Below, one piece after another: positions 21,164-31,321 of a DNA stretch of 64,000 nt. How positions within the stretch are numbered: position 1 is the first letter of the stretch; each line of letters opens with the position of its first letter. The notes below the pieces were generated by a model, which saw nothing but the letters and a program-made list of their open reading frames with translations, ran no database searches and was not told the DNA's origin. This stretch comes from an uncultured Leptospirales bacterium (GTDB taxonomy: Bacteria; Spirochaetota; UBA4802; UBA5550), in contig CAZHNW010000007.1 in the NCBI GenBank assembly GCA_964534225.1, positions 1,432-65,431 of the forward strand, given 5' to 3'. The translations under genes and the position numbers were made by a program.

Positions 21164-21850
21164 ATGAAAAAAATAGTAAAAAAAATGATACCGGTATTTT
21201 TGATCCCCCTTCTGCTGTTTTCTTCTGCCTCCTGCGGTAGAGACGGCAGGTCCCGGGTGAAAAAAATTTTTTCAAATTATCATGGTCCCTATGTTATTTA
21301 TGTCAGCAAGAAAAATTATACCCTTACTGTTTTTAACAGGGATCTGGTGGATGTCGTTTCGTACCGTATCGGTTACGGGAAAAATCCTGACGGGAAAACC
21401 AAGCTCTACGAGGGGGACAACAGGACCCCCGAAGGCATCTATCATATCAAAGAAATTCTCAGCATGGACGCTGATAAGTCTTCTAACGCGTACCGTAAAC
21501 TGAAGATGCTCAACGGGGTCTATTTCAGGACATCATCAGGGCATCATCGTTTCGGTAAACCTGATGTCGACCTGGGTGATAATGCCTATGGCCCCCGGTT
21601 TTACATGCTCGACTACCCCCGGGAAAAAGACAAAAAGCGTTATTCCCGCGCCCTGGAAAAGGGGAAAATTCCCCTGCGTAAAGGAAAGAGGGCCGGTATC
21701 GGCTTTGGTATCGCCATTCATGGCAATAATGACCCCCCCTCGATTGGGCACCGTGTTTCCAGTGGGTGTATCAGAATGTTTAACCAGGATATAATCGAGA
21801 TGGACCAGTACATCAGAATGGGGATGCCTGTACTTATTGAAGGCGAATAA
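21164..21850 (+). CDS. L,D-transpeptidase (YkuD domain) lipoprotein
   Basis: lipobox SSASC; catalytic HG...SSGCIRM motif. Confidence 0.85.
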   Translation: MKKIVKKMIPVFLIPLLLFSSASCGRDGRSRVKKIFSNYHGPYVIYVSKKNYTLTVFNRDLVDVVSYRIGYGKNPDGKTKLYEGDNRTPEGIYHIKEILSMDADKSSNAYRKLKMLNGVYFRTSSGHHRFGKPDVDLGDNAYGPRFYMLDYPREKDKKRYSRALEKGKIPLRKGKRAGIGFGIAIHGNNDPPSIGHRVSSGCIRMFNQDIIEMDQYIRMGMPVLIEGE

Positions 21851-21944
21851 TTAGTATATATGCTGAACAGCCTTGTAATGTGACTTTTTACCAGAAATTT
21901 AAAATAGTCATAGTGTTTTATGAAAATGAGGTAAAGTTTAAAGG

Positions 21945-21973
21945 TTGACATTAATTCTGCGATTGCTGATTAT
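21945..21973 (+). promoter_or_regulatory. candidate sigma70-type promoter for yajC operon (TTGACA-17-GATTAT)
   Basis: hexamers read from sequence ~35 nt upstream of yajC TTG start. Confidence 0.35.
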
Positions 21974-22005
21974 TGTCCCTGAATTTTTGAATATGGAGGC
22001 CGACA

Positions 22006-22335
22006 TTGTTTAATGTTGCTACAGCTGCCCACGCTATGGGGCAAAATCCCGGTGCTAATGGCGCACAGGGCGCTGGTGCCGGGTGGATGAGCCTGGTACC
22101 GATAGTTCTAATGATTGTCATTTTTTATTTTCTACTGATACGACCACAACAGAAGAGAGAGAAGGAAAGACGGGCGATGATTAGTTCCATCCAGAAGGGA
22201 GACAAGGTGCTTACCGTTGGCGGTGTCTATGGAACAGTTTCTTCTATAAAAGATGAAAATGTCGTTATCCTGAAAATTGCAGACGGCACCAAGGTTGAAT
22301 TTGCCAGAAGTTCAATTCAGTCAAAAGTCTCCTGA
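22006..22335 (+). CDS. yajC: preprotein translocase subunit YajC (TTG start, GGAGG RBS)
   Basis: alignment by eye to E. coli YajC: ...MSLVPIVLMIVIFYFLLIRPQQKR...KGDKVLTVGGVYG. Confidence 0.85.
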   Translation: MFNVATAAHAMGQNPGANGAQGAGAGWMSLVPIVLMIVIFYFLLIRPQQKREKERRAMISSIQKGDKVLTVGGVYGTVSSIKDENVVILKIADGTKVEFARSSIQSKVS

Positions 22336-22337
22336 TT

Positions 22338-22940
22338 ATGGCTTCATTACCGGTAAAAAATTTTAGTTTTTTTATTCTGTTTCTTTTTGTCCTTACGGGG
22401 CTTTTTGCGCAGGAAAAAAGCACATCTCCCGCGGGGAATGATGTGGTTGAACCTGTGGCGAAAAAGAATCCCGCGGTGACAGCAAAAGATTCAAAGACTG
22501 CCCCAAAACCGGTTTCTGAAAAAGTCCCCGCAGCGGCAAAGAAAAAGCCTGTAGAAAAGGCTGCGAAGAAAAAGCCTCCGGCAGCCCGAAGAGCGGAGAA
22601 AAAGGATGAAGCAAAACCCATGGCTCCTGCTGGATCTTCTGCTGACGGAACTTTGCTTCCCATAAAAGAAGGTAACTTCAAATACAGTCGTATCCCGGAA
22701 ATTGTATTAAAAGAAAAAGATGCTGAGAAACCGGATGATTTTGTTACTATTTCTGCGGAAAAATTCGAAGAAACGGGAAAGCCGGTAGAGAAGGCAGAAA
22801 AAGGATTTCTGGGGCTTGATAAAAAAACAGCTGACTGGGTCGCACGCATAGGGCTGGCCCTGCTGATAGTGATAATATTTCTTCTCTACAGGTTCAGGTC
22901 CCGCGGCAGTCGCAGCGTTCATAGAAGTTATCTAAAATAA
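22338..22940 (+). CDS. secreted Lys/Pro/Ala-rich low-complexity protein with C-terminal TM anchor and Arg-rich tail; hypothetical
   Basis: signal peptide, KKKP/AKK repeats, C-terminal LALLIVIIFLLYRFRSRGSR. Confidence 0.5.
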   Translation: MASLPVKNFSFFILFLFVLTGLFAQEKSTSPAGNDVVEPVAKKNPAVTAKDSKTAPKPVSEKVPAAAKKKPVEKAAKKKPPAARRAEKKDEAKPMAPAGSSADGTLLPIKEGNFKYSRIPEIVLKEKDAEKPDDFVTISAEKFEETGKPVEKAEKGFLGLDKKTADWVARIGLALLIVIIFLLYRFRSRGSRSVHRSYLK

Positions 22941-22967
22941 TATAAATTTTCCTGGCAGGTGAAAAAC

Positions 22968-24635
22968 ATGACACGAGGAATGCTATACAAGGCGGTATGG
23001 ATACTTTTTCTCATTGCAATATCTGTAATTCTTATTGTCCCCACAGTGGGAGAGAAGCAGATGGATATTACCCTCCGCAGGGATGTGACCGAAGTCCAAA
23101 AGAAGGCCATCAAGAGCCGTTTCCCTGCTCCTGAATTTTCAGTAACGGAGAAAAAGGGCATCATCCGCGTTTCCGGACGATCACTCAATGATGCCATCGT
23201 CAATGGTTCCAGAATATTGCCGGGTGTTATCGATGCCAAACTGCTTAAGCACTGGGTTGAAGAAAAACTTCTCGCTAAAAAAATAAATCTCGGCCTTGAC
23301 CTCCAGGGGGGGATGCACCTGGTCCTGAGAGCAAATTTTTCAGGTATCGAAAAGAAACTGAAAAGGCCCCTGACAGAGAAGGATAAAACTGAGATTACAC
23401 AGCAGGCCCTTGAGCTCCTGCGAAACCGTGTGGATAAATTTGGTGTTTCAGAACCCTCTATTCGTCCCAGCGGTACCGAGGCCATAGAAATTCAGCTTCC
23501 CGGCGTAAAAGATCCAAAGGCAGTCAAAAAAGCCCTTGGGGATACCGGGAGCCTCGAATACCGTCTCGTGGATGATGAATATACCGCCAAAGCCATGGAG
23601 TGGATGGCCAAAAACAGTAAAGACAAGGAAGAAAAAATAAAAATTCCTTCCGAACCGCTTTACCGTAAAGAGCTTTTGAAAAAGATTGCAAAAGGGATCA
23701 AACTTCCTGAAAAATTTGATATTCTCTACTATTATGAAAGAGACAAGGATACAGGAAAGATTTATCCAAGAAACCCCATTGTCCTTCTGAAGGAAGTCGC
23801 TGTCGCCGGTACAGATATCAAAGAAGCAACGGTTGACCGTGATGAATACGGGCAGATTGTTGTTTCATTTAAAACAACTGCCGAGGGGGCAACCAAGTTC
23901 GCCCATGTAACACGGGAAGAAAACAAGAAAAAACGCCTTGCCATTGTGCTGGATGGAAAGGTGAGGAATGCGCCTCATATAAATGATCAGATTACCACGG
24001 GAAGCGGCCAGATCAGTGGTGGTTTTACCCATAGCGAGGCCCTTACACTGGCCCGTATTATCAAGGAAGGTGCCCTGCCTGTTGACCTGAAAATCATAGA
24101 AGAAAGAACAGTAGGGCCTTCACTGGGGGCTGATTCTATTGCTTCAGGTGTCAATGCCATTATTATCGGCCTTGCGGGCGTTATGCTTTTCATGCTCATC
24201 TACTACAAGGCGGCGGGTATAATAGCTGACCTGGGACTGGTTTTGAACATGGTTTTCATGCTGGCACTTCTCTCCCTGCTGGGATTTACCCTGACACTTC
24301 CGGGTATTGCCGGCTTTATTCTTACCGTGGGTATGGCGGTTGATGCTAATGTTATTATTTTTGAAAGAATAAAAGAAGAGATTGCAACAGGCAAATCTGT
24401 CAGGATGGCCATAGTTTACGGTTTCGATAAGGCTTTTTGGACTATTTTTGATGCAAACCTGACAACCCTTATTGCCGCCTTTATCCTGTCTCAGTTTGGA
24501 ACAGGCCCCATCAAGGGTTTTGCCGTGATTCTTTTTATCGGGATTCTCTCAAGTATGTTCGTGGCTCTCTATGTCACTCGTTTTGTCTACGAGATCATTT
24601 CACTGAGCAAGAAGATTAAGAAACTGCATATATAA
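22968..24635 (+). CDS. secD: protein translocase subunit SecD
   Basis: N-terminal TM, large periplasmic domain, six C-terminal TM helices with conserved LTLPGIAGFILTVGMAVDANVIIFERI. Confidence 0.9.
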   Translation: MTRGMLYKAVWILFLIAISVILIVPTVGEKQMDITLRRDVTEVQKKAIKSRFPAPEFSVTEKKGIIRVSGRSLNDAIVNGSRILPGVIDAKLLKHWVEEKLLAKKINLGLDLQGGMHLVLRANFSGIEKKLKRPLTEKDKTEITQQALELLRNRVDKFGVSEPSIRPSGTEAIEIQLPGVKDPKAVKKALGDTGSLEYRLVDDEYTAKAMEWMAKNSKDKEEKIKIPSEPLYRKELLKKIAKGIKLPEKFDILYYYERDKDTGKIYPRNPIVLLKEVAVAGTDIKEATVDRDEYGQIVVSFKTTAEGATKFAHVTREENKKKRLAIVLDGKVRNAPHINDQITTGSGQISGGFTHSEALTLARIIKEGALPVDLKIIEERTVGPSLGADSIASGVNAIIIGLAGVMLFMLIYYKAAGIIADLGLVLNMVFMLALLSLLGFTLTLPGIAGFILTVGMAVDANVIIFERIKEEIATGKSVRMAIVYGFDKAFWTIFDANLTTLIAAFILSQFGTGPIKGFAVILFIGILSSMFVALYVTRFVYEIISLSKKIKKLHI

Positions 24636-24645
24636 GGAGTCTGAG

Positions 24646-25524
24646 TTGAAACGGGTAATAAACTTTCTAAGATACAGGTACATCGCCCAGGGGATTTCGG
24701 TACTGATGTTTGTCATTTTTGCCGTGGGCGCCGCGACACAGGGTGGTTTTAATTTTGGCATCGATTTTGTCGGGGGTGCTAAAATTATCGCTAAATTCGA
24801 AAAGGGGGTCAGCGAGGCAGACATTCGAAATGCCCTTGAAGGTTTCAATCCCCTCGTGCAGCAGATTGGCGCGGAAAAGCTGAACGAATATATTGTATCC
24901 ACAAAGCTTTCCGAGGGAGACAAGGGAAAAAAGAAGGGGCTCGAGGAAGTAAAAAAGGTCCTTTCTTCAAAATTTAAAAATATTGAATTTCTCAGCGAAG
25001 AAAATGTCGGCCCTGCTATCGGAAATATCCTGAAGCGTTCAGCCCTCAAGCTTTTTCTCGTTGCACTTGTTTTAATGACTATTTATCTCTCCTTCAGGTT
25101 TGAGTTTAAATATTCCATGGGTGCCATGGCGGCACTGGTTCATGACATTTCTCTCTCACTGGCATTTATTGGATTTGCCGGTGTAGAAATGAATATTCCC
25201 GTTGTGGCGGCCCTGCTGACGATTTTTGGTTATTCCGTTAATGATACAATCGTTATCTTTGACCGTATCAGGGAAAACGTTCAGGTAAAGTCGAAACAGA
25301 CTTTTTTTGATACCATTAACAAGGCTATCAGCCAGTCACTGAATCGAACCCTTCTCACATCATTGACGACACTTTTCGCGGTCCTTGCCCTCTATCTTCT
25401 CGGGGGGGAAGTTCTTAACGAATTTGCCATGGTACTGCTTTTTGGTATATTCGTCGGTACTTATTCATCTGTCTATATCGCCTCTCCACTTCTTGTGGCG
25501 TGGGAAAAGTTTTTTAATAAATAA
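24646..25524 (+). CDS. secF: protein translocase subunit SecF (TTG start, GGAG RBS)
   Basis: conserved GIDFVGG and TM core IFGYSVNDTIVIFDRIREN. Confidence 0.9.
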   Translation: MKRVINFLRYRYIAQGISVLMFVIFAVGAATQGGFNFGIDFVGGAKIIAKFEKGVSEADIRNALEGFNPLVQQIGAEKLNEYIVSTKLSEGDKGKKKGLEEVKKVLSSKFKNIEFLSEENVGPAIGNILKRSALKLFLVALVLMTIYLSFRFEFKYSMGAMAALVHDISLSLAFIGFAGVEMNIPVVAALLTIFGYSVNDTIVIFDRIRENVQVKSKQTFFDTINKAISQSLNRTLLTSLTTLFAVLALYLLGGEVLNEFAMVLLFGIFVGTYSSVYIASPLLVAWEKFFNK

Positions 25525-25534
25525 CCGGCAGGCA

Positions 25535-26422
25535 GTGAAAAGAAAGGCGCTCACAGCACTTCTCCTGGTCTTCCTTCTGGCAGGGCAGGGAAGTGCTGAA
25601 ATTGTTTCCTCTCCCCGATACAGTCCTGAAAATATTCGCAGCTTTATCTCTTTTTTAATCAGGAACAAAGACTATTACCGCGCATCTGTTGAATTGCGCC
25701 GCTACCATCATTTCTATCCCACCGCCGCGCCGGCATCACGACTTGCTGTAACCGGTGAGTTTCTTCTTCTCCAGGGAAAACAGTACAGGGCTGTTTTTTC
25801 CATGCCCGCTTATTTCGGGAGTGGACCGGGACTGGCAGATACGGTTTTTTTTGCTGACAGCTGTCTTCTAACAGGTAACTATAACCAGGCGAATACATAT
25901 ATCCGGCAGGCGAAAAAAAATTACGGCAGCGAGATCGGGGGCATTATTATGCGAAGAAAAGTCTACCATGCCCTTATGACGGGGGTGAAGGGGGACATGA
26001 CCTCTTTGAATGATCTCATCACTTTACCTGAGGCGGATGAGTATCGTTCCCTTATAACGAAGGGCGAAAGTCTTATGGCCCTTTCAAAGAGCCCCATTCT
26101 CGGTGCCGGCCTTGGTATAATTCCCGGTATGGGCTATATCTATGCCGGGGAGACGGGTACCGGGGTACTCTCTTTTGTGATGATTTCTCTCTGTGCTACT
26201 CTCAGCTATCTTGGTTTCAGGTATAAAACTGAAGCTGCGGGTATCTTTTTCGGGGCAGTGGCAACATTTTTTTATACCGGCAGTATCATGGGTGGGTATC
26301 GCGGTGTCAAAAAGCATAATGCCACCATTGCGGGAAAGGTTGAAAACCAGGCCTATCGTGAACTGGATATTCAGGGTGACCAGCGTTTCCTTTTGCGAAA
26401 ATACGGGTTGAAGGGGCTGTGA
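25535..26422 (+). CDS. secreted hypothetical protein with two C-terminal TM helices (GTG start 25535 after secF stop; ORF-track start 25385 overlaps secF)
   Basis: in-frame GTG gives signal peptide VKRKALTALLLVFLLAGQGSA. Confidence 0.45.
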   Translation: MKRKALTALLLVFLLAGQGSAEIVSSPRYSPENIRSFISFLIRNKDYYRASVELRRYHHFYPTAAPASRLAVTGEFLLLQGKQYRAVFSMPAYFGSGPGLADTVFFADSCLLTGNYNQANTYIRQAKKNYGSEIGGIIMRRKVYHALMTGVKGDMTSLNDLITLPEADEYRSLITKGESLMALSKSPILGAGLGIIPGMGYIYAGETGTGVLSFVMISLCATLSYLGFRYKTEAAGIFFGAVATFFYTGSIMGGYRGVKKHNATIAGKVENQAYRELDIQGDQRFLLRKYGLKGL

Positions 26423-27657
26423 TGAATAGTAAGTTTATGCAGGAGGCGCTTGATATCGCCTTCAGCCAAATGGGAATGACATCACCTAATCCCGCGGTGG
26501 GTGCTGTTGTCGTAAAGGATGACAGGATCATTTCCACGGGGGGGACATGTCCCGCAGGTCTCGATCATGCTGAAATTGTTGCCCTGAAGGCCGCATGCCG
26601 CCTTGACGGGCCTGATTTCTGCAACTCCCTCGAGGGGGCCGAGATTTATGTTTCCCTGGAGCCCTGCAGCCACTACGGAAAGACTCCCCCCTGTACTGAA
26701 GCTATTATCAGTGCGGGAATTAAACGAGTCCATATTCCTCTCCTTGATCCTAATCCCCTTGTAGCAGGAAAGGGGGTGCAGAAACTGCGGGAAGCGGGAG
26801 TGGATGTAGTGGTCCACCATGATGCGGCTCCTGTAGCGGCTGACCTGATTCGTCCCTTTAAAAAGATGATACTGCGAAAAAAATCTTACGTGATTCATAA
26901 ATGCGCAATGACCCTTGACGGAAAAATCGCCACTTCGGGGGGGGACTCGAAATGGATATCCTCGCCCTATTCCCGCTTTGTTTCCCACCGCCTGAGACAG
27001 AAGGTTGACGCGGTTATTGTGGGTATGAACACCTTTCTCAATGATAATCCTTCTCTGACCATCAGGTTTGATGAATTCGACGAGGAAATTCATTCTTTTT
27101 TTAGAAAAGGAACCCCGGGTATTCTCGGGCGCGAGAATATCTTTTTTAAAAAACTTCTCGCCTCCGAGGAAGGGATTTTTCCCGCACCCCTGCGTGTTCT
27201 TGCCGGTATCCCTGAAAAAATTAATGGCACGAGCAATTTTTTCGCTGATTCAAATTACCTCGTTTTCGAGTCACCACGCCGTTTCGATGAACTGCAAAGG
27301 AAAAAGGCAAATGCCCTGGAGAAACTTGACCCTGACAGGATAAGGGTCGCCCCTTCAGATGATCCTGTACAGCTGCCTTCTTTTATTTTAACTGAACTTG
27401 CATTGTCAGGGATCATGTTCGCCATGCTCGAGGGGGGAAGTTTACTCGCCGGTTCCTTTTTCGATGCCGGGGAGATAGACCAGTTTCTCTATGTGAAGGC
27501 TCCGAAAATAATCGGCAGCGGTATCGCCCCAATTGCGGCTGCGGAAAGGTCCCTGATGAGTGAAGCCGGCATGGTACATGATATAAGTGTGGCCATGACG
27601 GGACCAGACGTGATTGTTACCGGGTATCGCGAGAAATATAACTTTGAGATGATGTGA
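26422..27657 (+). CDS. ribD: bifunctional riboflavin biosynthesis protein RibD (pyrimidine deaminase + reductase); ATG overlaps upstream stop
   Basis: CMP/dCMP deaminase zinc motifs HAEIVAL...PCSHYGKTPPC; RibD C-terminal reductase domain. Confidence 0.85.
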   Translation: MNSKFMQEALDIAFSQMGMTSPNPAVGAVVVKDDRIISTGGTCPAGLDHAEIVALKAACRLDGPDFCNSLEGAEIYVSLEPCSHYGKTPPCTEAIISAGIKRVHIPLLDPNPLVAGKGVQKLREAGVDVVVHHDAAPVAADLIRPFKKMILRKKSYVIHKCAMTLDGKIATSGGDSKWISSPYSRFVSHRLRQKVDAVIVGMNTFLNDNPSLTIRFDEFDEEIHSFFRKGTPGILGRENIFFKKLLASEEGIFPAPLRVLAGIPEKINGTSNFFADSNYLVFESPRRFDELQRKKANALEKLDPDRIRVAPSDDPVQLPSFILTELALSGIMFAMLEGGSLLAGSFFDAGEIDQFLYVKAPKIIGSGIAPIAAAERSLMSEAGMVHDISVAMTGPDVIVTGYREKYNFEMM

Positions 27658-27665
27658 GGCATGTC

Positions 27666-28319
27666 ATGTTTACCGGATTGATTGAAGAAGTGGGAACTGT
27701 TGAGTCTCTTTCAGAGAAAAGCGATGGAAGGATACTTACCCTTCGAGCTCAGAGGGTAACCGGGGACGCAAAGAAGGGAGACTCTATTGCCATCAATGGT
27801 GCCTGTCAGACTGTCACAGATCTGGGAGACGGGGTATTCTCAGTTTTTGTCTCAAAGGTAACACTGTCCGTTACCACCCTGGGAAGTCTGCAAAAAGGGT
27901 CTCCCGTAAATATGGAAAGGGCCATGACTCCGGCGTCGCGTTTCGGCGGGCATATTGTTCAGGGCCATGTTGACGGGGTGGGGCAGGTACGCAGGATCAC
28001 CAGGGATTCTTCGGGCGGTACCATAGAGGTCGCCGCGGGGAAAGATCTGATGAAATATATTGTCAGCAAAGGGTCCATTACCGTGGACGGTATATCCCTG
28101 ACCGTGGTTGAGGCCTTTGATGACGGTTTCAGCCTTTACCTGATACCGGAGACAATCGGTAATACAATCATTAACGAATGGAAAGAGGGGAGTGACGTTA
28201 ACCTGGAAGTTGATATCCTTGCCAAGTACGTTGAGAAGATGCTCAGAGCCCCCGGTAATAAAGAGAGTGGTGATGCAGAGCTCATGAAAAAACTTTCAGA
28301 GGAAGGATTTCTCTCATAA
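27666..28319 (+). CDS. ribE: riboflavin synthase alpha chain
   Basis: MFTGLIEEVGTV start, duplicated lumazine-binding halves (GDSIAINGACQTV / KGSITVDGISLTV). Confidence 0.85.
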   Translation: MFTGLIEEVGTVESLSEKSDGRILTLRAQRVTGDAKKGDSIAINGACQTVTDLGDGVFSVFVSKVTLSVTTLGSLQKGSPVNMERAMTPASRFGGHIVQGHVDGVGQVRRITRDSSGGTIEVAAGKDLMKYIVSKGSITVDGISLTVVEAFDDGFSLYLIPETIGNTIINEWKEGSDVNLEVDILAKYVEKMLRAPGNKESGDAELMKKLSEEGFLS

Positions 28320-28661
28320 TGCCATGTCAGGGTAGAGTTCCTGCAGTTCAGATTTTGATTTGATTTTAAAAAATTTATCGAGGTAAGATACGGTAAAAAT
28401 CGTGTTTATTTCATCGGATACATTGTAGAGATAGAAACTGGTGTCCCTGTTTTTGGCGATATTAAGCGCTTTAATGAGAGAGCCTATTCCTGATGAATCG
28501 ATAAGTTTGAGATCTTCAAGGTTGAATATCAGAACATCTACATCCTGTTCAAAGAGCCATTCCATTTTTTCTTCGAACATGGGAACTGATTCAATATTGA
28601 ATTTCCCTACAAGTTTTACCAGGGCTTTCCCCTTTTTCGATAATGTAACAGGTATATCCAT
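28314..28661 (-). CDS. STAS-domain anti-sigma factor antagonist (SpoIIAA-like), convergent with and overlapping ribE 3' end by 6 nt
   Basis: LIDSSGIGSLIKAL core motif, ~115 aa. Confidence 0.8.
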   Translation of the reverse strand: MDIPVTLSKKGKALVKLVGKFNIESVPMFEEKMEWLFEQDVDVLIFNLEDLKLIDSSGIGSLIKALNIAKNRDTSFYLYNVSDEINTIFTVSYLDKFFKIKSKSELQELYPDMAL

Positions 28662-28867
28662 TTTTTTACCTTTGGTTTTTGAGACTTTTTCCCGTCACCG
28701 CAGGGTGTTTAGCTGCTGTGCAGCGGTAACCGGTTTTTTCGTGTAATGCTTAATAAAATTCTGGCTTTTTTTCTGAATCCCTCAGGGGGAGAATGTAAAA
28801 ACAATCTAACACTTTACATGGAAAAACCTTTTTTTTCAAGGTTTTCTTTTTGTCTACCCTGAAAATT

Positions 28868-29953
28868 TCAGGAAGAAATGTCAAATATTCTTTGAAGATT
28901 TACTTCCCCCTGTTTGAGGGGAAGCGTAATTTTTGTTTCGTTTTTCCAGGCGGACAGGTATATGCCGTGGATTATTTCCAGGGCAGAGTAACCGTCTCTT
29001 CCTGTTGATGTTATTTCGTTTTTTCTGTTTTTCATCAGTTTTTTTACTTCTCTGTAGAGTTCGGTAAAACAGTTCTGGTTTTTTATTACGGGGAAGTTTA
29101 CTTCCCTCAGGTCCCTGAATCCCCGGTAATAACGGGAAGGCCGTGACAGGAAGAGAGACTGGTAACCGTTTCCTATTACGATTTTGCCCTCTGTGCCGCT
29201 GATGACTGCCTCGAACTGAAAGTAGTTTCGACTTCCCCCCGCCTCAAGAAAGATATCAATGCCGCCGTGGGTTTTCAGCCATGCCGCGGCCCTGTCTTCG
29301 TAGCCGGAGGAACGGGAATCCCTCTGGAAGCTGCCGGTTACCTCGGTGATGTCACCGGCAAAGTAACGGATGATGTCGATCATGTGGGTCCCGTCATGGA
29401 GCAGGGGGCCTCCGCCTTCTCGCAGGGATGAAGAACCACCGTAGGGGCCCGTAAGGACCTGGCCATGAATCGTTTTGAGCTCTCCTATTTTGCCGCTGCG
29501 TAAAAGCTCTGCTGCTTTTCTGTAGCGGGGATCATAGCGTCGTTCATGGTTGACCAGAAGGCGGCATCCGGTTTTTTCGCATGTTTCAATCAGGTTTTTT
29601 GCTGTTTTCAGGGACCAGGAGAGGGGCTTTTCACATACGATAATTTCGGCGCCCCTGCGGGCAGCAAAGAGGGCAATGTCAGTATGTGATTCTGTCCAGG
29701 TGGCAATGATCACGCAGTGGGGCGTTACCCTGTTGAGAAGTTCACGGTAATGGGTGGAACAGTTTTCAGGGGAAATGCCGCTGCTGCACCTGAATTTTTC
29801 GAGACGTGACCTGTCAATGTCAACGGCATGGGTTATGGCGATTCCTGCGGAAAGGGCACCTCCCGCGTGTGTACAGGGTTTTTTTCTGAGGGGATCATTT
29901 TCGAGAAGAAAACCAATGCGTCCGCATCCTATGAGAATGACATTTTTTTTCAT
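28868..29953 (-). CDS. Gfo/Idh/MocA family NAD(P)-dependent oxidoreductase
   Basis: N-terminal Rossmann ILIGCGRIG, EKP motif (VCEKPLS). Confidence 0.8.
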   Translation of the reverse strand: MKKNVILIGCGRIGFLLENDPLRKKPCTHAGGALSAGIAITHAVDIDRSRLEKFRCSSGISPENCSTHYRELLNRVTPHCVIIATWTESHTDIALFAARRGAEIIVCEKPLSWSLKTAKNLIETCEKTGCRLLVNHERRYDPRYRKAAELLRSGKIGELKTIHGQVLTGPYGGSSSLREGGGPLLHDGTHMIDIIRYFAGDITEVTGSFQRDSRSSGYEDRAAAWLKTHGGIDIFLEAGGSRNYFQFEAVISGTEGKIVIGNGYQSLFLSRPSRYYRGFRDLREVNFPVIKNQNCFTELYREVKKLMKNRKNEITSTGRDGYSALEIIHGIYLSAWKNETKITLPLKQGEVNLQRIFDISS

Positions 29954-29971
29954 CAGCCGGACTCTTTATAA

Positions 29972-31273
29972 TTACAGGATGGGGAGGTATTCATTGATTT
30001 CGTAATCGGTGATATAACTGTTGTATTTATCAAGTTCGAATTTCTTGTTTTCAATGAACCGCCGGTGTACTGCTTCGCCAAGTGCCTCTTTCATCAGGTC
30101 GCTGTTCTCAAAATAGAAGACTGCCTCCTGCAGCTGGGTCGGCAGCTGCGTGTAGGCACTATCGTCACTGGCGGTGTCAAGAATCTCAGGAAGTGAATAT
30201 TTTTTTTCGATGCCTTTCAGCCCTGCCGCAAGCATTACGGTAAAACTGAGGTAGGGATTGCAGGCAGGATCAGGGTTGCGCAGTTCGGCCCGCATGGCGC
30301 TTGGCTTGTCAGCCTGACAGCGGGGTATGCGTACCATTGCCTCCTGGCTGGTAATGCCCCAGGTGGCATGGGTGGGGGACTCGTATCCGTGAACAAGGCG
30401 TTTATATGAATTTATCCACTGGTTGGTTATGGCAAAGTATTCTCTGCTGTGTTTCAGGAGCCCGGCAATAAAATGTTCTCCTTTTTCAGAGAGGTAGTTG
30501 CTGCGGCCGGGATCGAAAAAAATATTTTCGTCTCCATGAAAGAGTGACTGGTGGATGTGCAGGCCTGATCCGTTCTGTCCCGCAAGGGGTTTCGGCATGA
30601 ATGAACCGTAGATATCGTTGAGCTGGCCGATTTCTTTGGTAATAAGCTTGAATGTCATGATCGAATCAGCGGTGGTGAGGGCGTCTTCATGGCGCAGGTC
30701 TATTTCATGCTGGCTGTGACTTCCCTCGTGGTGTGATGAAATAACATCAACACCCATTTCTTCCAGGGTGAGTACCACCTGCCGCCGGTAGTCTGCCGCG
30801 GTGTCCAGGGGGGTAAGATCAAAGTATCCGCCACGGTCAAGTGTTTCAGGTTTTGACGAATTTTTGAAAAAGAAGAATTCGATTTCTGGCCCCGTATAGA
30901 ATGTATATCCCGCTTCCGATGCTTTTTTTAGCATGCGTTTGAGAATGAACCTGCTGTCTCCCTCATAGGGTTTGTGGTCAACCGTATGGATATCACAGAA
31001 GATGCGGGCTACGGAATCCTCCCTGGGGCGCCAGGGAAGGGTCGCAAAGGTTGACGCGTCAGGCATGGCAATCATTTCCTGCTCATCTGATCTTATAAAA
31101 CCCTGCAGGGTCGAACCGTCAAAGCGGACACCTTCGACCAGAGCGTCTTCAAGTTCATCAATAGTAATGGCGAAACTTTTTAGAAAGCCGAGAATATCAG
31201 TGAACCAGAGCCTGATGAACTTGACATTTTTGTCATGGGCAAGCTTGAGAATATATTCTTTATCCTGTTTCAT
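29972..31273 (-). CDS. glutamine synthetase family protein (GlnA-like, 433 aa; could be a gamma-glutamyl-amine ligase paralogue)
   Basis: GS catalytic-domain motifs: GPEIEFF, HHEGSHSQHEID, NGSGLHIH, R-x-P loop (RIPRCQ...RAELRNPD). Confidence 0.8.
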   Translation of the reverse strand: MKQDKEYILKLAHDKNVKFIRLWFTDILGFLKSFAITIDELEDALVEGVRFDGSTLQGFIRSDEQEMIAMPDASTFATLPWRPREDSVARIFCDIHTVDHKPYEGDSRFILKRMLKKASEAGYTFYTGPEIEFFFFKNSSKPETLDRGGYFDLTPLDTAADYRRQVVLTLEEMGVDVISSHHEGSHSQHEIDLRHEDALTTADSIMTFKLITKEIGQLNDIYGSFMPKPLAGQNGSGLHIHQSLFHGDENIFFDPGRSNYLSEKGEHFIAGLLKHSREYFAITNQWINSYKRLVHGYESPTHATWGITSQEAMVRIPRCQADKPSAMRAELRNPDPACNPYLSFTVMLAAGLKGIEKKYSLPEILDTASDDSAYTQLPTQLQEAVFYFENSDLMKEALGEAVHRRFIENKKFELDKYNSYITDYEINEYLPIL

Positions 31274-31321
31274 TGCAACCCTTCTTTAATTGATGCTTGT
31301 AATAATAACGCCGGGAGAGAT

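Noticed and set aside
22265-22849. 194-aa minus-strand ORF antisense to the KP-rich gene
   Set aside because: Low-complexity region open on both strands; plus-strand ORF has a signal peptide, fits the yajC-secDF operon direction and starts right after yajC stop. Kept as a caveat in findings.
25385-25534. N-terminal extension of ORF 25385..26422
   Set aside because: Overlaps secF coding sequence in another frame; in-frame GTG at 25535 right after secF stop yields a proper signal peptide.
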